This document shows positions 10,364 to 18,534 of a stretch of DNA of 64,000 bases, piece after piece. Both the position numbers and the translations under genes were made by a program. Numbering within the stretch: position 1 is the first letter of the stretch; each line of letters begins with the position of its first letter. The DNA is from Candidatus Eiseniibacteriota bacterium (GTDB lineage Bacteria; Eisenbacteria; RBG-16-71-46): the NCBI GenBank assembly GCA_038231135.1, contig JBBRLX010000006.1, forward strand, positions 64,001-128,000, read 5' to 3'. The notes under the pieces were generated by a model. It made no database searches. It had not been told where the DNA came from and worked only from the letters and a program-made list of their open reading frames with translations.

Positions 10364-10690
10364 CTCTCTCTCGGCGATTCGTGGGGCGCCCCAGGACCAA
10401 AGGCGAAGCCTGATCCCTCAACCCCTCGAGGAACCAGGCTCGCCTCCCCACCGTGGATCCGTGTCGCCTCCAACGAGCGGCTCTAAGTGGCGAGCGTCCT
10501 GAAGGGCGATCACAAGATCGGCAGGATATCTGTTGCTCTGGCTGGTGATGTCGTTTGCCCGATCACCGGCGAGCACAGTTAGATGCACGCGTGGGCAGTC
10601 GATTCATGGATTTCTTCGGGTCCTTCCGGCTTGGATCGGCGCGCGCAGCGTTCCTGGGTGACGCGGGTTCGGACGCGCGGAAATGCCCGT

Positions 10691-10719
10691 TTGGACGCGC
10701 GCGGCCGATCGGCTAAAGT
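10691..10719 (+). promoter_or_regulatory. Sigma70-type promoter for the tRNA-Ser(GCT)/tRNA-Arg operon
   Basis: TTGGAC-17 bp-TAAAGT about 95 bp upstream of tRNA-Ser(GCT). Confidence 0.55.
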
Positions 10720-10778
10720 GCTCCGTCGCAAGGCAGATGAGACTGCGGTTCGGTGCCCGCTCCAAGGTCCGTTTCACC

Positions 10779-10802
10779 GGGTTCGAATCCACTCCCTCCG
10801 CC
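10779..10802 (+). repeat. Direct repeat of the tRNA-Ser(TGA) 3' end (att-like scar or tRNA pseudogene)
   Basis: GGGTTCGAATCC-ACTCCCTCCGCC versus GGGTTCGAATCCTACTCCCTCCGCC at 10338-10362; one-base deletion. Confidence 0.85.
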
Positions 10803-10813
10803 GCACAGATTTT

Positions 10814-10905
10814 GGAGAGGTGGCCGAGTGGCTGAAGGCATCCGCCTGCTAAGCGGTTGATCGGGTAAAACTGATCCGGAGGTTCGAATCCTCTCCTCTC
10901 CGCCA
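10814..10905 (+). tRNA. tRNA-Ser (anticodon GCT)
   Basis: GGAGAGG/CCTCTCC acceptor; CTGCTAA anticodon loop; long variable arm; TTCGAATCC; CCA. Confidence 0.97.
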
Positions 10906-10957
10906 GACCCGTCGAACCTGCTCGGCCGCCCCCAGGCCCGCAGCCCCGTTTCAAGGC

Positions 10958-11034
10958 GCGCCCTTAGCTCAATTGGATAGAGCATCTGACTACGGATCAG
11001 AAGGTTGGGGGTTCAAATCCTCCAGGGCGCACCA
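10958..11034 (+). tRNA. tRNA-Arg (anticodon ACG)
   Basis: GCGCCCT/AGGGCGC acceptor; TCTGA-CTACGGA-TCAGA anticodon arm; GGTTCAAATCC; CCA. Confidence 0.97.
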
Positions 11035-11225
11035 CCTTGCGGGATGGGCTTGGGCCGCGTGCCCGTTTTCTTGCCCACTCACGTCCCTGAATCGCGGTCC
11101 GCTAGCTTCTCGACCGCGGCGCTGAGATCGGCCTCGGACACGATGCCTCGCAGTCACAGGCGCGACCACTGACAACGCAGGGCTCCGTTCCCGAAGTGGC
11201 AACGCTATCGGGGTGGCGTGGCGGA

Positions 11226-11404
11226 AGGGTGTTCATCACCCACGGCCGGAACACGGAGATCGTCCATCAACTCAAGGACATGCTCACCTATGCGGGGTTC
11301 ACACCCGTCGTCGCGATGGAGAACGAGACCGCTATCGGGGCGACAAGCTCGACTACGACTCAACGGTGAAGCTGTTGAAGGCGTGCAATGACTTTCGGTC
11401 ATAA
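11226..11404 (+). pseudogene. Remnant of a TIR-like nucleotide-binding protein (CAP12/Pycsar-type TIR family) with internal deletion and frameshift
   Basis: One frame reads RVFITHGRNTEIVHQLKDMLTYAGFTPVVAMENETA. It switches to RYRGDKLDYDSTVKLLKACNDFRS*. These match the start and end of this TIR domain; the core is missing. Confidence 0.75.
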
Positions 11405-11847
11405 CCTTCAGGGATGAGCTACTTGTGACTGAGGGCCGTCGAGTTGAGCGGACTTCCAACACCCGCGCAGAGTTGCCAGCAGCCACGAGGAAGAGCAGCG
11501 AGTCCAGACCGCAGCCTGCTCATCCCACAACATCATTCTCCAAGACGGGCGGCCGGCCGGCAAGTCGCTCGGCCAGTCGGGGGCCCCAGCCCGGGCGTGG
11601 ACCGGATCCGCCACCAACGTAGGATGCGGGAAGTCGTGAGCGGAAGCATGCCGGCAACGCCGCCTGCACCGCGCGAGCCGAGTGGTATGCTCCGCCACCG
11701 TGGCCTTCGATGATAATCTCCCGCACCCCTCCGGGAACTGGTCGCCGGCGAGGACCCGCCCGTTGCGCATCCGCCGCTGACGGGCGCACGCACTGTAGTC
11801 CGGATTCGGTGTCTTGCCGTTCAGGTCCAACTTACGGAGGGGACGTC

Positions 11848-12378
11848 ATGGTTGCTAGGCCGTTTTCGCACGTGCGTGTCTGGCTGTTGGGACTTGCCCT
11901 GGCGTCGTTGGCTCTGGCGGGGTGTGGAAAGGGCAAATCGAACCCCGCTGCGCCGCAGATGAATCTCAGCGCCGCGTTCAACGGCACGTGGATCGGCTCG
12001 TTGACAGGTCCGGACTCCACCCAGCAGTCGGGCTGGTCGCCACGGGATCGCGACTCCCTGTGGATCGTGTTCAGCGACACATCGATGACGTACTACATGG
12101 CTCCCGCTCAGGGCGCCGATTCATCGCTCTCGCCTCCCCCCGATACCTGCTTCATCAGCTACCCGGTGGCACTGAACTCGCTCGCGGACCCGGATGTGTC
12201 GTTCCGCGTCAACCTGTTCACCCGGCTGCATCTCTCGCCGGCCGTGCCATTCGACGGCGTGCGCAACGGCACCACGCTCACGGGTACCATGGCGATCCCC
12301 GGAGACTCGCTCGGCGGCCACTGGTCGGCGGTGTTTTGTTCGACCTGCCCGGACACGGCGAAGGCGTGCGGCCCCTGA
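11848..12378 (+). CDS. Hypothetical lipoprotein
   Basis: GGAGG RBS, ATG 11848, lipobox LAG-C, beta-rich mature region. Confidence 0.7.
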   Translation: MVARPFSHVRVWLLGLALASLALAGCGKGKSNPAAPQMNLSAAFNGTWIGSLTGPDSTQQSGWSPRDRDSLWIVFSDTSMTYYMAPAQGADSSLSPPPDTCFISYPVALNSLADPDVSFRVNLFTRLHLSPAVPFDGVRNGTTLTGTMAIPGDSLGGHWSAVFCSTCPDTAKACGP

Positions 12379-12467
12379 ATTTCAGGGGCACGACTCCCGG
12401 AGCCCCCGCCGCACGCACCATCCCGGCGACCCACAATATCCGCCCGGTTCATTCGTCTACAACGCCG

Positions 12468-12551
12468 GTCGCGAACCAGGACGACGAGCTGCTGCACCTG
12501 GAGGATCTGTTGCCGTCACCCGATGCAGGGCTTGAGGCGCTCTACGCCCGC
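12468..12551 (+). pseudogene. Short fragment of an ECF sigma factor (linker before region 4)
   Basis: VANQDDELLHLEDLLPSPDAGLEALYAR matches the LEDLLPSPDAGPEAxYAR motif of an ECF sigma-70 subfamily; no region 2 or 4 around it. Confidence 0.55.
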
Positions 12552-12576
12552 GGCCGCAACCACCGCGAGGCTTGAA

Positions 12577-12984
12577 ATGCCACGCATCATTGGAATCATG
12601 TCGTTTCTTCTCGTCGTAGCTGTAACGTCGGGCGCCTGCCACAAATACTCAACTGCTCCCCGCAACCACTATCCGACGATGTCATCCCTGACCGTTGCGC
12701 CTCCCGAGATTGGACCTGCTGATTCCGCCGTTGTGACCTGCATCGCAAGTGATCCCGACGGCGATACCCTGGTTTACGATTGGGACACGGACCTTCGCCT
12801 TCGCATCAAGGGCAATGATCCAGGCGATCCGACCAAATCCAATACCTTCAACAACTCAGAGACCTTTTACCCGGACGCCAATTATCATCCAACCCGCCTG
12901 GACTCCGTCGCAATCGTCGTCACAGCTCGTGATGGTCGTGGCGGCGCGGTCGCACGCCCAATCTATCTCCTCGTTCACCCGTAG
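12577..12984 (+). CDS. Hypothetical lipoprotein with Ig-like domain
   Basis: Signal peptide ending SGA-C; ASDPDGDTLVYDW and ARDGRGG motifs of Ig-like repeats; visibly lower GC. Confidence 0.72.
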   Translation: MPRIIGIMSFLLVVAVTSGACHKYSTAPRNHYPTMSSLTVAPPEIGPADSAVVTCIASDPDGDTLVYDWDTDLRLRIKGNDPGDPTKSNTFNNSETFYPDANYHPTRLDSVAIVVTARDGRGGAVARPIYLLVHP

Positions 12985-13320
12985 TATCTCACCTTTCGGA
13001 CACTGTCGGAGGCTGTGACTCGTACATCGTGGCCTACGACTGGGAGCGTGACCTGCCGATCGCGAAGCTGCATCAGGAGGAAGCCGACGCTTTCCACATC
13101 CTGCGCGTTCGCCCATCGAGGTCATCAATGACGTGTTCCTCGCGCCGGAGGGTACTTCGTGACGCACTGGTCTGTATGACGCACCCTGCCCGCGAATCCG
13201 ATCACGCGATCTCCTGCGTCCGCCGATGACGTGAGTTGAGACCGGGACCGCGGAGCTCGACGAGCCCCGCGGTGGAAGACGTAGGCCATGCCGGGATCGC
13301 CTTCAACCCTCCGGAATCCC

Positions 13321-16300
13321 ATGTCGGCCACGGCATCACCCACAGCGCTCCGACGTTCGATCGAGCTGCTCGCCACGGCTGCGGCCTACTACGTCGTGGG
13401 CCGGCTGTCGCTGCTGCTTGCCATTCCGCCGGGCTATGCCACCGCCGTGTGGCCCGCCGCGGGCCTCGCGCTCGCCGCCGTGCTGCTGCTCGGCTTCCGC
13501 GTGTGGCCCGCCGTTCTGCTGGGTTCGTTCCTGGTCAACGTTCCCACGTCGTTCGCCGCAGCGTCGTTCGCCGCGATGTTCCGGTCGCTGCCGGTCCCGC
13601 TCGCCATATCGGCTGGCGCCACGCTGCAGGCGTTGCTGGGGGCGGCTCTGATCCGACGCTTCATAGGGACTTCCGATCCCCTTGCACACCGCCCGATCCG
13701 ATTCCTGCTGTTCGGCGGTCCCATCGCCAGCGTCGTAAGCGCCTCGATCGGCGTGAGCACGCTGTTCGCGGCCGGCCTGCTGACCCGGGATTCCCTGTTG
13801 TTCAGCTGGACGACGTGGTGGGTCGGAGACTGCATCGGAACGGTCCTGTTCGCGCCGCTCGTGTTCCAGTTGCAATGGGATTCGCGGCGCGCGTGGATCC
13901 GCCGGCAGTTGTGGGTGTCGCTGCCGCTGCTACTCACGTCGGCGATCGTCGTGCTGCTGTTCTTTCAGACGAGCTCATGGGAGCAGCGGCGTATCCAGCA
14001 GGAGTTCCAGCGGCGCACCGGCAATGTCGCGATCGCGTTCCGGAGCCGCCTCGACCGCTATCTGGACGTGATGCATTCGATCGAAAGCCTCTACGCCGCC
14101 TCGGCGAGCGTGTCCCAGGCGCAATTCCATGCGTTCGTGAGTCCGATTTTCGGCCGAACCCCCGGAATCGTGGTGCTGGGGTGGGACGTCTGGGTTCCAG
14201 ATGTGGAGCGATCCAGGTTCGAGAGCGAAGTGCGCGCCACCGGGTTGCCGGGTTTCGCGATCCGCGAACTCGACGCCCATGGCGCGCTGATCCCGGCGCG
14301 CCGGCGTGGCGACTACGTCGTAGCGCGCTACATCGAGCCCCGGGGCAACGAATCGGCCCTGGGGTACGACGTCGCCAGCGAACGGGCCCGATTCAGGTCG
14401 CTCTCCGCCGCGCGCGATCGAGGTCGTACGGTTGCCAGCCCGCTGCTGCGGCTGGTGCAGCAGACCGACCGGCGTTACGGCCTGCTCGTATTCCAACCGA
14501 TCTATCGTGGCGGCCTCGCGCCCGCGACGCCGGCAGAGCGCCGGGCGCGGTTGCGTGGATTCATCGTGGGAGCGTTCCTCGTTGGCGATATCGTTACCGC
14601 GGCCCTGCACGACGTGGATCACTCCGGCATCGACGTGTCGCTGGACGACGTGTCCGACGCGAACACCACCCGCCTGTTCCCTTCCGACGCCGAGAGCGCG
14701 ATCGCACCGCTCGGGGCGACGGCGCGGCCGCTGTCCGTGACCAGCACGCTGATCGTGGCGGGCCGGCGCTGGAGTCTCACCCAATCGCAGACCTATGGCG
14801 CCGCCGACGAGGACCGCTCGTGGCAGCCGTGGCTGGTGCTCGCCTGCGGTCTCCTGTTCACGAGCCTGCTGGGGGCGCTGCTGATCATGTCGAGCACGCG
14901 CGCCATGCGCACGGAGGCGCTGATCGCATTGCGGACCATCGAACTCGAGCGCGAGGTCGCGGAGCGGAGGCGCGCGGAGGCGGCGGTGCGGGAAGCCAAC
15001 GGGGTGCTGAACGCGGTGCTGGATGGCACCACCGACCTGGTGTTCGTCAAGGATCTCGACGGTCGCTACGAACTCGCGAACCGCGCCCTGTGCGAATTGC
15101 TGCAGCGGCCGAAGCAGGAGGTGCTGGGGCGCATGTCGACGGAGCTGCTCGGCGCCGAGGTGGGTGACGCCATGGCCGCGGAGGACTCGGAAGTCCTGGA
15201 ATCGGACAAGACCCGTACGTTCGAGAGCTCCATGGACCTGCCGGGCGGTCGGCGTTACTACCTGACGACCAAGGGCGTGCTCAGGGACGCCTACGGCAAG
15301 CCACGCGCGGTGTTCGGAATTGCGCACGACATCACCGGTCGGCGTCTGGCCGAAGACCAGCGCGCCCGCCAGAACGCGGAGCAGCTCGAGGTCAAGGACC
15401 AGTTCTTCTCGCACGTCTCGCACGAGCTCGGGTCACCGATCGCGACGGTGTACCAGTTCGTCACCATCCTGCAGGACGGCCTCGCGGGCGAACTCAACGC
15501 GGAACAGCACGACTACCTGCAGATCGTGCGTCGCAACACCATGCAGCTCAAGACCATGATCGGCGACCTGCTCGAGGTGACCCGCGCGCAGACCGGCAAG
15601 CTGTCGGTGCGCCCGCAATGCCTGCAGCTCGGCCCGATTCTCGAGGAAACGGTCACCACGTATCGCGGGACCGCCGGTCTGCGTGAGATCGGCCTGTCGG
15701 CGGACTTCGAACCGGAGTTGCCCGAAGTGCTCGCGGATCCGGCGCGGGTGCGCCAGATCCTGACCAACCTGCTGGACAACGCTCTCAAGTTCACGCCCGC
15801 AGGCGGGAGCATTCGCGTGCAGGCCCGCAGCGTGTCCGAGGCGTTCGTCGAACTGTCGGTGTTCGATGACGGCTGCGGCATCCCCGCGGCCGATCAGTCC
15901 CGGATCTTCGAACACCTGTTCCAGTCCGCGAACTCCGTGAAGCAGAGCCGGCATGGCCTGGGGCTCGGACTGTACATCTGCCGCGATCTGGTGAATCGGC
16001 AGGGCGGGGAGATCTCGGTCGAGAGCGAGGTCGGGGCCGGCGCGACCTTCAGGGTCACGTTCCCCACGGTGTCCTTGCGCCGGACGCTGGAAGCGATGCT
16101 CGGACCGGACACCGCCGTCGGACCGCTGTCGCTGATCACGGTGGAGTTCGAAGGTGTGGGGTCCGATGTACGTGCCGAGGCGATCGAAGCGGCCCGCGAG
16201 GCGATGGAACGCAGCATCGTGCCGAGCATCGACGTGTTGCTACCATGGCGCCGAACCGGTGCAGGCTCCGAGACTTCCCATGTCATCGCGCGCTGCGATG

Positions 16301-16500
16301 TCGCCGGGTCGCTGGTGATGGCGCGGCGCCTCGAGTCGCAACTGGCGCGCTGTTCGACGTTGGCGCAGGATCAAGTGTCGTGGCGTATCACTCAGGAGAC
16401 TCTGTCGTTCACGGATGTTCGAGCGACGGTGGACCTCGCCACGCTGACCGAGACCCTGGAGTCGCGGCTGCGTGGGGATTCGAACCGGAAGGCGGCCTGA
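13321..16500 (+). CDS. MASE1-CHASE-PAS sensor histidine kinase with degenerate GGDEF-like C-terminus
   Basis: MASE1 (VWPAAG, WWVGD); CHASE (IEPRGNESALGYD); PAS; HisKA (VSHELGSP); HATPase (NLLDNALKFT, DDGCGI, GLGLGL). Start at 13288 or 13321. Confidence 0.92.
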   Translation: MSATASPTALRRSIELLATAAAYYVVGRLSLLLAIPPGYATAVWPAAGLALAAVLLLGFRVWPAVLLGSFLVNVPTSFAAASFAAMFRSLPVPLAISAGATLQALLGAALIRRFIGTSDPLAHRPIRFLLFGGPIASVVSASIGVSTLFAAGLLTRDSLLFSWTTWWVGDCIGTVLFAPLVFQLQWDSRRAWIRRQLWVSLPLLLTSAIVVLLFFQTSSWEQRRIQQEFQRRTGNVAIAFRSRLDRYLDVMHSIESLYAASASVSQAQFHAFVSPIFGRTPGIVVLGWDVWVPDVERSRFESEVRATGLPGFAIRELDAHGALIPARRRGDYVVARYIEPRGNESALGYDVASERARFRSLSAARDRGRTVASPLLRLVQQTDRRYGLLVFQPIYRGGLAPATPAERRARLRGFIVGAFLVGDIVTAALHDVDHSGIDVSLDDVSDANTTRLFPSDAESAIAPLGATARPLSVTSTLIVAGRRWSLTQSQTYGAADEDRSWQPWLVLACGLLFTSLLGALLIMSSTRAMRTEALIALRTIELEREVAERRRAEAAVREANGVLNAVLDGTTDLVFVKDLDGRYELANRALCELLQRPKQEVLGRMSTELLGAEVGDAMAAEDSEVLESDKTRTFESSMDLPGGRRYYLTTKGVLRDAYGKPRAVFGIAHDITGRRLAEDQRARQNAEQLEVKDQFFSHVSHELGSPIATVYQFVTILQDGLAGELNAEQHDYLQIVRRNTMQLKTMIGDLLEVTRAQTGKLSVRPQCLQLGPILEETVTTYRGTAGLREIGLSADFEPELPEVLADPARVRQILTNLLDNALKFTPAGGSIRVQARSVSEAFVELSVFDDGCGIPAADQSRIFEHLFQSANSVKQSRHGLGLGLYICRDLVNRQGGEISVESEVGAGATFRVTFPTVSLRRTLEAMLGPDTAVGPLSLITVEFEGVGSDVRAEAIEAAREAMERSIVPSIDVLLPWRRTGAGSETSHVIARCDVAGSLVMARRLESQLARCSTLAQDQVSWRITQETLSFTDVRATVDLATLTETLESRLRGDSNRKAA

Positions 16501-16501
16501 C

Positions 16502-16882
16502 ATGGCGGGAAAGAAGCTGCTGATCATCGACGACGACGCGGACTTGCTTAGAGCGCTCAGCGTGCGCTTGAGAGCCAGCGGGTATCAGGTGTCGCAGGCC
16601 GGAGACGGCACTCAGGCCATCAGCGCCGCCCGGCGGGATGTCCCGGATCTGATCCTGCTCGACATCGGACTGCCGGGAGGTGATGGCTACGTCGTTCTGG
16701 AGCGCCTGCGCGGGCTGAACACGCTGTCGTCGATCCCGGTGATCGTGCTGAGCGCCAAGGACCCCGCGGTCCATCGCCCGAGGGTGCTCAAGGCGGGCGC
16801 GATTTCCTTCCACGAGAAGACGGAAGACAGTGCCGTGCTGCTGGCGGACATCCGGCGCCTGCTGGGCGAGGATGCCGCGTAG
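16502..16882 (+). CDS. Single-domain response regulator
   Basis: LLIIDDD, LLDIGLPGGDG and VLSA receiver motifs; starts directly after the kinase stop. Confidence 0.92.
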   Translation: MAGKKLLIIDDDADLLRALSVRLRASGYQVSQAGDGTQAISAARRDVPDLILLDIGLPGGDGYVVLERLRGLNTLSSIPVIVLSAKDPAVHRPRVLKAGAISFHEKTEDSAVLLADIRRLLGEDAA

Positions 16883-16927
16883 TCTTCCCGGGTTCGAGTC
16901 CCGGCCAAAACGTGTACATTGAGCGCC

Positions 16928-17659
16928 ATGCGCCGCGTACTTCGACGGATCCTGGCTCCCCTGGCGATGCTCGCCCTCGCGACCGTCACCGCGCTCGCCG
17001 CGAGCCGTGCGGGGAAGGCGCTCGATGCGATCGCGGTGAGTCCCGAGTTCGCCCACCGTCCGGTCGATCGCATCGCGATGCTGCCGATCGCCACGTACGA
17101 CAACAGCCTCGAGGCGGAGAAGACGATCGAGCAGGCGTTCGGTCAGGCGTTCAAGAATTCGGGCTATCGCTGGCTCTCGGCCAGCGGTGTCCGTGACCTG
17201 CTGCGCTCGCGCGCCAGTGGCGGCGACTCGCTGGTGAACGCATTCCGCGGCCGGTTCCTCACGAGCGGCCGCGTCGATTCCACCGACGCCGTGCTGCTGT
17301 GTTCGTGGTTCCGGACGGGTGCCGTGATCGGCGTGCGCGTCGACCAGTGGGACCGGCAGGAAGTGGAGCCGAACCAGACCGGCAGGCCGTACACGCAGAT
17401 CGCGGCGAAGGCGACGCTGGTCGACGCCGCCGGCCGGGTGCTGTGGTCCATTTCGGGCAGCCAGCGCGGCGAGGGCACGTACAACGATCCGAATGCCACG
17501 GTCGCCGGCGTCACGTCGGGCGGGCTCGACTTCAAGCCGATCACCGCGCAGGCGGGTGCGCCGTCGTTCGCCGAGGTCGCGCTCGCGCTGTTCACGCGCT
17601 GGGCGCTCGAGCTGCCGGCGCGGGCGGCGCCGGATTCCGCCGCGGCGCCGCCGCGGTAA
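16928..17659 (+). CDS. Exported hypothetical protein (CsgG/TolB-N-like alpha/beta fold possible)
   Basis: Signal-peptide-like N-terminus; RIAMLP...LVDAAGRVLWS pattern; host-like codon usage. Confidence 0.65.
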   Translation: MRRVLRRILAPLAMLALATVTALAASRAGKALDAIAVSPEFAHRPVDRIAMLPIATYDNSLEAEKTIEQAFGQAFKNSGYRWLSASGVRDLLRSRASGGDSLVNAFRGRFLTSGRVDSTDAVLLCSWFRTGAVIGVRVDQWDRQEVEPNQTGRPYTQIAAKATLVDAAGRVLWSISGSQRGEGTYNDPNATVAGVTSGGLDFKPITAQAGAPSFAEVALALFTRWALELPARAAPDSAAAPPR

Positions 17660-17681
17660 CGAGGTGCGTTCCGGCCCCGGC

Positions 17682-18173
17682 ATGCTGATTCGCGACGACG
17701 AAGCCGGCATGCGCGCTGCGCTGGGCCAGGCGGAGCTGTCGGCCGAACGCGACGAAGTGCCGGTGGGCTGCGTGATCGTTCACGACGGCATCATCGTCGG
17801 CCGCGGGCACAACCTCACCGAGAGCCTGCAGGACGCCACGGCGCACGCGGAGATCGTCGCGATCGGCGCGGCGTCGAGCACGCTGGGCTCGTGGCGCCTC
17901 ACGGACTGCTCGCTGTACGTGACGCTCGAGCCGTGCGCGATGTGCGCGGGCGCCATGATCCTCGCGCGCATCGGACGCCTGGTGTACGGCGCGACCGATC
18001 CCAAGGCGGGCGCGTGCGGATCGGTGCTCGACGTGATCCACGAGCCGCGGCTCAATCATCGCGTGCGGGTCACCGCGGGCACGCTGGAGTTCGACTGCGG
18101 CGAGATCCTGCGCGAGTTCTTCCGCCGCAAGCGTGGCGGCGCCACGCCGCGCATGGACCCCGGGCAGGGCTGA
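17682..18173 (+). CDS. tadA: tRNA-specific adenosine-34 deaminase
   Basis: EVPVGCVIV, DATAHAE, LYVTLEPCAMCAGA, DPKAGACGS, LNHR and FF.RKR motifs. Confidence 0.95.
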   Translation: MLIRDDEAGMRAALGQAELSAERDEVPVGCVIVHDGIIVGRGHNLTESLQDATAHAEIVAIGAASSTLGSWRLTDCSLYVTLEPCAMCAGAMILARIGRLVYGATDPKAGACGSVLDVIHEPRLNHRVRVTAGTLEFDCGEILREFFRRKRGGATPRMDPGQG

Positions 18174-18348
18174 GCCAGTGGCCGGCGGGACGCGGGTCGA
18201 GATCGTGCACACGGGCTGGGAGCACCTGCTCGATCGCGGTCCCGAGGCACGCAACGGTTACGACACCGGCCGGGGCGCCGTGCTCCCAGAATTTCACGAA
18301 GCTCTGCGCGGGAGGCACGCGATGATCGCGGCCGGGTGTCCGAAATAG
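18172..18348 (+). pseudogene. 3' remnant of an SRPBCC/AHSA1 domain gene
   Basis: EPVAGGTRVEIVHTGWEHL...EARNGYDTGRGAVL matches the SRPBCC C-terminal strand and helix. The usual GW is GR, and the 5' part is absent. Confidence 0.65.
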
Positions 18349-18534
18349 TTTGCACTTTGTCCGCGCCGCTTTGCTACGCTTGATGTGCAGGACACGGGGC
18401 GCCCACGAGTCCCCGCCGGCGTGATGCCGGGAAGCGCCCCGGGTGAGGTCACGCCGTCCTAACGGACGGACGCGCCGCCACCCGGCGAGGCATGCGGCGC
18501 GCCTCAAGGCCCGCCCCGCCCGTGAGAGGTCGCC

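Noticed and set aside
10725..10805. Possible tRNA-Sec or other functional extra tRNA
   Set aside because: The 5' half does not pair with the acceptor 3' strand and there is no TCA anticodon arm; only the T-arm and 3' end are tRNA-like.
18385..18530. SRP RNA (ffs) or cobalamin riboswitch downstream of tadA
   Set aside because: Lacks the SRP core (CAGGTCCGGAAGGAAGCAG) and the B12-box elements in the expected order.
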